From Utricularia gibba (Eukaryota > Plantae > Magnoliophyta): 64,000 bases of DNA. The stretch spans positions 1,240,001-1,304,000 of the forward strand of contig NEEC01000008.1 in assembly GCA_002189035.1 (NCBI GenBank). Reading direction: 5' to 3'. Positions 54,565 to 64,000 of the stretch are shown here, in pieces. The position numbers and the translations under genes were made by a program. Every line of letters begins with the position of its first letter. The first letter of the stretch is position 1. Under the pieces are notes generated by a model, which did not search any database, was not told the DNA's origin, and saw nothing but the letters and a program-made list of their open reading frames with translations.

Positions 54565-56722
54565 GGGGAGTACGCCGGAACTACAGCACCTTCAGCCGGC
54601 AACGTCCGATATTTATAACAAATAATTTACCAATGTCCAAATTCAATGCGCCTTCTGGAATAAATGTACCAAGCAAGTAGTAATAATTGTACAGCAGTTG
54701 GTTAAAAGTACGCGCACATTCATGAAATTGATCTGCCACGTGAAATTAAATAGTCAACATGATACATTTGCCCTCAGGTTGCTTACGTGATGGGGCACAT
54801 TGCTTCTGACTTGTCTTATAAATTTAATAAATAAATTGGGAATTTATCGGACTTTATTTAATTAATCGATTTTATTTAAACCTATATATTCCTTCTCCTA
54901 ATTTAATTATAATTTTTATCTATTAACTAGTAAGAATCTAGCGATTATGCTAAATTGCTTAGAGGGTGTTTTACAACTAGTTTTACATTAATATTTTAAT
55001 TTTTTTTATAAATCCTGTTTAATAATAAAAATTACATAGAATATTTCTATTGTAAGTAAAAAAATTGGTTTTGAGGTAGTTTTAGTCAAGGTTATACTAT
55101 ATTTGGTCTTAGAACATAATATTCATAAAGTTGTTATTTAATTACCAATTTTTTATCTACATTATCCAAAAAATACTAATTTTATTTTAAAAGAACTTCT
55201 CAATGAACACCTTAATATTATTATAATAAATAAATTTAGATGCAATACACAGAGGATCATTCAAAGTTGGAAAAATATTTGATAATACATATTTTTTGGT
55301 ATTTTAACCTATAAAATTAGTGTAATATGTTTTTAGTACAGATTCCAATATTTTATAATTTTATCAGCATTATTAACTTGATCTATTTAAGGAAGGTTTT
55401 ACAATAATCAAATCTTACGATCATCCATATAAATCCTAAGTCAAGTGAATCAAAATAGAAATACAAGAAAAGAAGGCCAAACTTTCATGTAAAAATTTTA
55501 CAGCAATAGGAAGAGAGCAAAAACCAAAACCTTATTTCTACTATTAATAGCTAATTTAGAAATGATGTTTTCTGGAGAAAAAAAGGGTATGATTATTTAG
55601 TTTAGGTTCAATTTGATTAACATTTTCATAGCAAATTCTGATAGATTTTAGGGTAGAAAAGATTAATATATAAAGCTAACAAGTCTAACTACCACCTGAA
55701 AAATTGGGTATAGGTTAATAGATAATCTTTTCAAATAAACATCAATGGAATCAGATATAATATATACATGGCTACAGGGTAGATCTTCAAGTAGAGTGAT
55801 CTAGAATATTTAGAAAACTTGAAACCTTAAATTTAAGAAGATGGCACAAGTAAACTCAAATCATTTTGTACTAGTTAGGTTATCGAAAAGGTTAGTACTA
55901 GAATTTGAGTAAGTATACCATTTCATGAATTCTAAAATGTCATATGTGTTATTTGAATTAAAGCTTAAACTATTATGTTTAATTGAATTCTTTCGCTATA
56001 GTTAGTTTTTGCAAAGATTACGTATTATATTTGAACCAAAGCACAATAATTTTTTGGAAAAAATCATTTTTTAAGTCACAATGTTTCGGTTATTTTCATT
56101 TTATAGTCAAATACTTTAACGTGTGCAAAATTCAGTTAACAAGTTTACAAATAAACTCAATTTATGGCATTTCGGCCAAAAAATATTTTAAAATTTTTTA
56201 TAATTTGAGATATATATTTTTAAATAGAACTAAAATTCAATATATATTTTTAAAAATAATTCAAATTTTTAAAAATTATTTTTCTCAATTTTTAATATTT
56301 CTTCTATGATATTTACATCGTCTAATTTTTTTTTTTGAGATTGAAATATCTTAATAGTAATATGTGAACATAGATAATAGTAATTCATCAATATTATTTA
56401 TTACGAAATTTCTTCTATGATATTTCTCAATTTAGATTCGTAGAGTTGTGTATAATAGTAATTCATAATTTTTATTTATTACGAAATTTTGTATTTTCAC
56501 AATGATAGAATTTTTTTAGTTTATCAATATTATTTATCATAAAAAGAAATTATTATGAATTCATTTTAAATAATATTTTATTAATTAAAATAATTTTGTA
56601 GTTGGAATACTAAATTACTATACCAGACACATCTTTAAAAACTAAAGATTATGTTTCATTTTACTGAAATCCTAACTTAATAATTATTCATGCTAACTAC
56701 CAAAAAAACCCCATCAAAATTT

Positions 56723-56728
<6 letters not shown>

Positions 56729-56752
<24 letters not shown>
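56729..56752. repeat. (GA)n microsatellite
   Basis: About 12 GA units. Confidence 0.9.
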
Positions 56753-56753
<1 letters not shown>

Positions 56754-58338
56754 GGGTTAGGGCCCATTTTTAGTTATTTAATTCCCTGGGCCCAGAGCCT
56801 TCTGAAGCCCAATAGTTGATTACTGGGCAGACAGAGGATGGTTCGGCCCATACCAGAGAGTGCGGTTATCAATCCTAGTTTAGGCATGATTCTGGGTCTG
56901 GGTCTGGGTCTGGGACACCGCAGCTGGGGAGACTCCAACGCGATATGGTCGCCCGTGACGTTACCCCGTTTGAGGAAATTGATGGCGACTAGAAAGTAAT
57001 TACGCAAATGACTATCCAAAGCTCTGCTTTCTCAAGGGGGCCCAACTGAAAGTGACCCTAAACCCGACACAATGACCACCAACCCGTCGCTCCGGTTTGA
57101 CTAAACCCAGCCGGTATTCTATTGAGTCCCAACTTTGGTAACAAAAATTACTACCACTTCCCATAATATGCAATTACATAAAAAATCACATAATTATTAC
57201 CGTTTGTATATATGATTCAAATCATGATTGAATTGATTAATTTTTTTTAAAAAAATTATGTTTGTCTTCCTTAGAAAATCATCAAGATATGATTGAATCA
57301 TAATAATTGACCATGATTCAAAATTATTGTTTCATTTTCTATTTCTTTTTTATTTTATTTTTTAAATATGGGATATAATTGATGTTTACTATTTAAAAAT
57401 GATGCATATTTAGTCATCATTATTTAATTATTTGAAAAATACAAAAAATTAGTACTTAAATTAAAGTAGCGATATCCATCTCAATTATTGAGTTTATTAG
57501 CATGAATGATTTGCAAATCAAATTGAAACTCTTCATCTTCACTACCTCATATGCAAACGGCATACGACAGACGAAATAATAGAGATCACTTTTACCGAAA
57601 TTATTTGTCGAAACAATTGAGATTAATTTCATATGAACAAAAAATATTAATTTTTGAAACAGTATATACTGATTTTACCTAATATTAAATAGTAGATGTC
57701 AATTAATTACATATTCTATAATGAGGATTACATATTCTATATTTGAGTACTGGGATGAAAAAGGATGTGAGAGTGAATAGTATTAATTAATTAATAAAAA
57801 GGGAGAATCTAAAGTAGAATCTGGGGGGAAGTCGTTATCCTTTTGAGTACAGTATTATTATATCACGATTTAGCAACAGTAGGGTTTGTCGAAAGCAGAA
57901 CGTGTCGCCGTGTCGGGACTCGGAACCCGTGGTCAAGATACTTGTCGGTAGCAAAGTTGTGCCACCTCACCAAGAGGATAAAATATACGGGAATTTGTGA
58001 CCTACCACGAGGATGCTATGCTGCTCGGGGTATTTATTTTATAAAGTCGATTTAATTCCGAAAATTAGAAACTAAAATCTTTAGAAATTTATTTAATTAT
58101 TTAAAGTAATTCGCCAATTATTGGGACGATTATTGGCATTAGGAGGGAGGGTTTGCCAGCTGTCAGGCGATGGATTTGTATTGTGATCGGTGAGCGCGTG
58201 GGTGTTGGGGGCTTCTACTCTACACTTTTCCTCCTCATTCTCAGCGTGGGGAGAAAGAGGGAAAAGCATGGGGATAAATCCAACCGGCGAAAATGGGGTG
58301 TCTGTGAAGTGATCTTTATGGTATTGGAATCCATTGGT

Positions 58339-60013
58339 ATGGCCAACAGTGGTGTCGGGGGGAGGAGGAGGCGCCGACGGTGGGGAGTTGAGGAGGGACC
58401 TCAAGAAACTGGTGCAGGGGATGCTGGATGAGGATGATGTGAGTGTGGAGGATATTGATGCGGCGCAGATGATTCTGTCTGCGATCAAGGAAATCAAAGT
58501 GAAGAGAGGGGGGGAGTCATTGAAAACTCGTCAGCAGCATCATTCCCGCGATACCCAGATGGCGTCCTCGTCGGTGCCGGAAGTGTTTATCTGCCCTATG
58601 TCCAGGGAAATCATGAGGGATCCTGTGATTATCGCTAGCGGAAAGGTTTCACGTTTCTCTCTCTTTTGTTTTGGATATCGATTTTGAGTGAATTGATGAC
58701 CAATTTTATCGGAGAAATCATCTTCTTGGTTCTCTGATTGCGATTCTGTTTGTTCTTTCGATCGTCTTGAGAGCTTTTAGGGTTCTTTTCTTCGTGGTGT
58801 GTCTACTGTTTATTTGTGTCGACCAGTGCTTCAGTTTTCTTTGTACAGAATAGTGTTCTGTTTTCGGATTTTAATTCCAATTGTTGCTGAGGGTAATGAA
58901 TGATTTTCCTGATACGGATTTTGGTAGACTTTTGACAGGCCCTTCATCCAGAAATGGTTGAAAGATGGAAACCGAACTTGCCCAGAAACGCAGCAAGTGC
59001 TTACGCACACGCTTCTTACTCCAAATCACTTGGTTCGCGAATTGATAACTCAGTGGTGCAAAGAACAGGGGTTTCAGCTACCAGACAATGCTATGTATTT
59101 TGATAAGAATGGATTCACGGAGGGTGAAAGGGATAACTTCCTCTCCTTGCTCGGCAAGATTTCATCTACATTATCTGAACAAAAACAGGCTGCTAGAGAA
59201 TTGCGCCAGCTGACGAAGAAGATGCCTTCTTTTCGTTCCCTTTTCAGCGAATGCCCTGATGCAATAAACATGCTGCTCTTCCCGCTGTCTCAGACGGAGT
59301 GGAATAATGAGATGCATTCAGACCTCCAGGAAGATGTTATAACAACCCTTTTGAACATTTCAATTCATGATAGCAACAAGAAGCCTGTGGCAGAAACACC
59401 TTCTGTGATTCCCCTGCTCATTGATGCATTGAAAGGGGGGACAATAGAAACAAGAAGCAATGCTGCGGCAACCCTTTTCACCTTGTCAGCTCTCGACTCA
59501 AATAAGATTTTGATTGGGAAATCCGGTGCACTGAAACCCCTGATTGATCTGCTGGATGAAGGGAATCCTTTAGCTATGAAAGACGCTGCTTCAGCTATCT
59601 TCAACCTGTGCATCATTCATGAAAACAAGCTGAGAGCTGTTAGAGATGGTGCTGTGAGAGTCATCCTTGATAAGATCAGGAGTCGGATAAATGTCGACGA
59701 GCTAGTTTCGATCCTGGCCATTCTAGCATCCAACCCAAAAGCCATCGAGGAAATGGGAGATCATGGAGCTATTCCTTGCTTATTAAGTATCATCAGGGAA
59801 ACATCATGCCCCCGAAATCAAGAGAACTGCATTGCAATCATTCACTCCATCTGTTTCAGTGATCGGTCAAAGTTGAGGGAACTGAATAACGATGAAAATA
59901 CCCGCAGGACAATCTCCCATCTCGCTCAGAATGGAACATCAAGAGCCAAGAGGAAAGCCAACGGCATTCTAGAGAGACTGAATCGAACCATCAACCTCAC
60001 ACACACCGCATGA
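58339..60013 (+). CDS. PUB9: U-box/ARM E3 ligase (PUB9-like)
   Basis: Exons 58339..58645 and 58928..60013. U-box VPEVFICPMSREIMRDPVIIASGK|TFDRPFIQKWLKDGNRTCP, then ARM repeats (DLQEDVITTLLNISIHDSNK, GTIETRSNAAATLFTLS) and the end TINLTHTA*. G-run frameshift at 58357-58362. Confidence 0.9.
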
Positions 60014-60776
60014 TCATCCCAGGTTCCTTCTTTCCACCCTTCGAGCCTTATTTTGTGCATAAAAGTTTGATCCCTGTAAATACTTACTTACATTGAAAAG
60101 GCTATGATGAAGCACCCCTTGTTGGTTTTGTTGAATAATTGCACATGCCTTTAGGCTTGGTTGCATCTTCTCCATTGCAACTTGGCGTTTTTGTCCATCT
60201 TCCTAAACCAGCCATTCGCTTTTATCATCTCTGCTCATCCTCCAATAAACACACGCACATGGGGTTCCCCATAGACTTATGAATCTCACTCCCCACACTA
60301 ATCCCTCGTTCGCTCTACTACTCATCAAAGCCACCAGCTTTCATTGATTCTCATGTTGATCATTGAGTTGTTCTTGTTGGCTTTCTGGTAGGTATATGCT
60401 CTGCTGGTTGGGACAATTCTTACAAATCTAGCCCACTACTTACATGTGCCGATTAGGGAAACTTGGGCTTCATAGTTTACGCTTGCTGCCTTAGTATCAA
60501 CCATCGACCCAATTTTGCACGTGCTGTTTGGGCCATCCATCCGCCGCATTCGGCTACTAAATGAATCCAGCTGCTTTTATTAAATGTCCGGCTTTTACAA
60601 ATGTCATTTTGTATTCAATTTAATAATTAATTGAATAGCATTTATTAAGGTTTAATTATATTTAGGGTGAAATATTTCTTATAAATAAAAATATATAGAC
60701 ATATATGAACATAAAATTTAATTGATATTTATTTTATAGAATTTATACTAGTTTATATTATAAATATGTTGGTTAC

Positions 60777-61038
60777 TCGCATCCGTATTCATTCATATTT
60801 CATAAACTACATTTTTATAATAATTTAGAAAGTTTATCAGTCTTTTAATTTTTAGTAAATTAAAATACGAGATAAGTTTTATAGCTCTTTTAATTTTGAG
60901 ATATTTTTTCTAATTCGTTTTTAAAAATTAGAAATTGTAAATAATTTAATTCATAGTATTAAAATGATGCTAGTAAATTATTATCAGATTTGTTTAATAA
61001 ATAAAATATAATAATTAATTTAAATAAAGCGGATGCGA
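60777..61038. mobile_element. Possible small MITE remnant
   Basis: Inverted 9-mers TCGCATCCG (60777) and CGGATGCGA (61030) bracket ~250 bp of very AT-rich DNA. No TSD verified. Confidence 0.3.
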
Positions 61039-61334
61039 ATATGGTCATATGTCACAGAAATAACTTGGTGATGATTGCGACAGTAATCTCAACCAAAGCA
61101 TCATTAGATTTGTAAGGCTTAACAAGCACATCACTAAAGCATGTGTCCACGCCATGATCGGACCGAGCCCCTTCTTTGGATCCGCGCTGACCCGCCCCGC
61201 ATACTGAGTTCAAATGACGTGTAGATATAAATACCCCACGGGGAAGATGCTAATTGATTGCAACGTCGAACCACCGAAATCATTCACCGAGTTCTGAGTG
61301 AGTCGGCGGCAGCTGGAGGCCGGTAGCCGCGGCT

Positions 61335-62572
61335 ATGCACGACGAGAATGGAAGGAGTCACCATGAACTCTTGCTTGAAATGGAGAATCTGAAAGTGATC
61401 TGCGCGCTTGGCCGCGGCGCCGAGGGAGTGGTCTTCCTGATCCGAACCGACGACGGGAAACTGCTTGCTCTTAAAGCGATACAGCGATCTTCTTTCGAGA
61501 GGAAGAAGAAGAAGGTACTTAATTCCAGCGCCTTCGATGACTACAGGAGAGTTTTCTTCGATGCAGATGTTCTTGCGTCTTTCGATCATCCGTTGTTGCC
61601 CAAGCTTCACGGAGTTTTAGTAACCGATAAGGTTGTCGGGTATGCCATGGATTACTGTTCTGGAGGCGATCTTAATTCTCTGAGGAAGCAACAGACGGAG
61701 AAAATGTTTTCCGAGGATTCGATTCGGTAAGGGTTTTTTTTTTTCAACCGCAAAGAGAACTTGGACGGGGAAATCGAGGCTAATTGCAGATATTTTTCAG
61801 ATTCTACGCTGCGGAATTGGTTCTCGCATTGGAGTATCTTCACAATTTGGGAATCGTTCACCGCGACCTGAAACCGGAAAATGTGATGGTTCAAGAGAAC
61901 GGGCATTTGATGCTCGTAGATTTCGATCTCTCCACAAAACTCCCCTATAAACCACCGGATCCCCAACCGATCACTCAGCTGAAACCAGAAATTAAGTCGA
62001 GGAAGAGGAAGAAATTCGCCTTCCTGTTCAAGCGGCGCGATTCGGGGATCTCTCCAGAGGATTCCTCCCGCGGAAAATGGACTACGTGCTCGGAGTCCAG
62101 TTCTGTGGCGAAATCGAACTCATTCGTGGGAACGGAGGAGTATCTGGCACCGGAAATCATCCTCGGCGACGGCCACGATTTCGCCGTCGATTGGTGGTGC
62201 CTAGGGGTCGTGCTCTACGAGATGCTCTACGGTACGACGCCGTTTCGAGGAGCTAACCGAAGGGACATCTTCAGTCGAATCCTCAAAAAAGCACCGGATT
62301 TAACGGGGAACGCGACGCCGTTAAGGGACCTCATCGGTAAATTACTGGAGAAGGATCCCAGGAAAAGGATCGACGTTGGGGGAATCAAAAGGCACGAGTT
62401 TTTCGAGGCGGTAGATTGGGGTTCAGTTACTGAAATGCCCAGGCCGCCGTTTATTCCCGAGCTAACAGACGTCGAGGTCATGATGGGAAATAAGGAAATA
62501 AATGTGGAGACTTTCGTCCACGAGGTGTTCACCCTTGACAACATGACGGAATACCAACGACCTATGGGCTAG
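61335..62572 (+). CDS. OXI1: AGCVIII (AGC2) Ser/Thr kinase, OXI1-like
   Basis: join(61335..61726,61801..62572). [39 protein letters not shown]|[18 protein letters not shown], the AGCVIII-type DFD motif, [14 protein letters not shown]. Confidence 0.92.
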
Positions 62573-63619
62573 CAGTGATAATTCAGCCCACCCAAGATAA
62601 CAACGAGGGCCCTCTCCACAAAAAGGGGAAAAAATGATAAAAAAAAAGAGGAATATGCTTTTTTTTAGCATATGTTTGTAATTACTACTATTTTACTGTC
62701 GTTGAACTTTTCCTTCATTCTAACTTCATGCATAGAAGAAGATTTCAGCTTATGCAGTTTCCGCAGTAATGCAACGCACGTGCTTTTAGTAATTAATGAA
62801 GGGTATCTTTGATTTGAAATGATAATTGATTAAATAATAAAATATATTAAATAAGATATTCATACTTTAGCACACATATTTATCAATGTATATGTAAAAC
62901 AATAATATATTTCATTAATTTATTTAAAATAAATATACCAAAACTTGTATAACTAAAAAAATTATATGAAATGATACAAATTTAAAGAATAAATTTACAG
63001 ATTTTTAAAAAATCCCAATTAAAGTGGTAAAAAAAATTACAAATGTGGCTATGGGAGGAGTGCGCATCTTGGGATTTTTGAACAATGTTGGGCATCTGGT
63101 GCAGATAAGTGACGGGAGGGGGGCCATTGAATGGAGAGCATCTATTTCTAGGTGGGCATTAAGTGAGCGCCCACGGGACAATTCCACCTCTGGACTCCCA
63201 TTCTTCAATGCGTCAACGACTCCTCTCTTTCCTCTTAATGTCATCACCTCTTCCTAATAAATGAATCCTGCTGCCACGTCTTTCCATGCACTTACCACTA
63301 ATCTCAAGTTCTAATTTTAATAGTATTTTTTTATATTGTAACGGCCAAGAATCGTCGTCTCCACACACCAAGGATGCGATCGGACTGATCTCCCGTTCCC
63401 TGACCATCTGATAGCATAAACAGAAAAACAGAATTAAAATATAATTGATTAGTAAAATTAATATGAAGAAATAGTTTTGAAATAGAGGATTGAATGAGTT
63501 ATGCAATAGAAATCATGAATATGTCTATGAAATAGGTATTGTTCTTTTTATTCTTTTTTTCTATTTTTTACATATAAATATACATATTTTTTTAAAAAAA
63601 ATGATATTAAAAATATTGT

Positions 63620-64000
63620 GGTATCTAAAGTTAGGCCCACCTGGCTGAGCCCAAACAAACCAGCGGCCTGGGCCCTAGGGCACACTTACGAATGAAGAGG
63701 AAGATCTTTTCGTGCTCCCGGGCTTTTCTATGGGGGTTGTTTCTCGTTGGATTTCTACTGTCCAGATACCTCTGATTCCTGGAATGGCGATAGCCATTGG
63801 TTTCTGCTCTTTCAAGGCTACTCGTCTGTTGCTTTGTCCAGTTAGCTTCGTCAATGCAAGAATTTTTTTGGTATGTTTTGGAGCAGCCGCTCGGTGATGT
63901 TGGTATATTGATACGATTAGCTTATTTTGGGTTGTTTTTGTAGATATGCCTGTTCATATTTGTAGCTGCTTGCTTTTGTTGCTTTGTAGAATATTTAAAA
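63620..64000 (+). other. Site II promoter and probable 5'UTR/first intron of a gene continuing past the window
   Basis: GGCCCA/AGCCCA/TGGGCC cluster at 63634-63675, followed by a T-rich, intron-like sequence. Confidence 0.45.

Noticed and set aside
55983-56309. 108-aa ORF and ~80-bp degenerate direct repeats in AT-rich DNA
   Set aside because: Low-complexity composition (F/K/I/Y-rich), not credible as coding.

Overview
A gene-dense eudicot nuclear window with short introns and very AT-rich spacers. The compact layout suggests a small genome, possibly Lamiales, which is inference only. In order it holds a 5'-truncated SMXL6/7/8 (D53-like) gene, mitochondrial Era-like GTPase, two C/D snoRNAs (U24 and a probable snoR12), a YTH/ECT2-like m6A reader, a neprosin (DUF239) gene and alpha-tubulin. 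Next come an IQM-like gene, TAF7, a PLAT/LH2-like plastid protein, cytochrome b5, a highly reduced RIN4/NOI gene, an FHA gene, an At4g13040-like AP2 gene, a 47-aa wound-induced basic protein and an At3g25130-like membrane protein. The last block is NTF2-RRM (G3BP-like), RPS8, a CIB-like bHLH, GDP-mannose 4,6-dehydratase, a PUB9-like U-box/ARM ligase and an OXI1-like AGC kinase. The most notable feature is a RIN4 that has lost its N-NOI domain and whose remaining AvrRpt2 cleavage site has degenerated. The SMXL has both degron and EAR motifs altered. There are two U12 introns, one GC-AG intron, an intron in a normally intronless GMD, and a long foldback element upstream of RIN4. Six single-base frameshifts, mostly in homopolymer runs, are most likely assembly errors. 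Homolog names and synteny are recalled, not searched. No tRNA, rRNA or CRISPR array was found.
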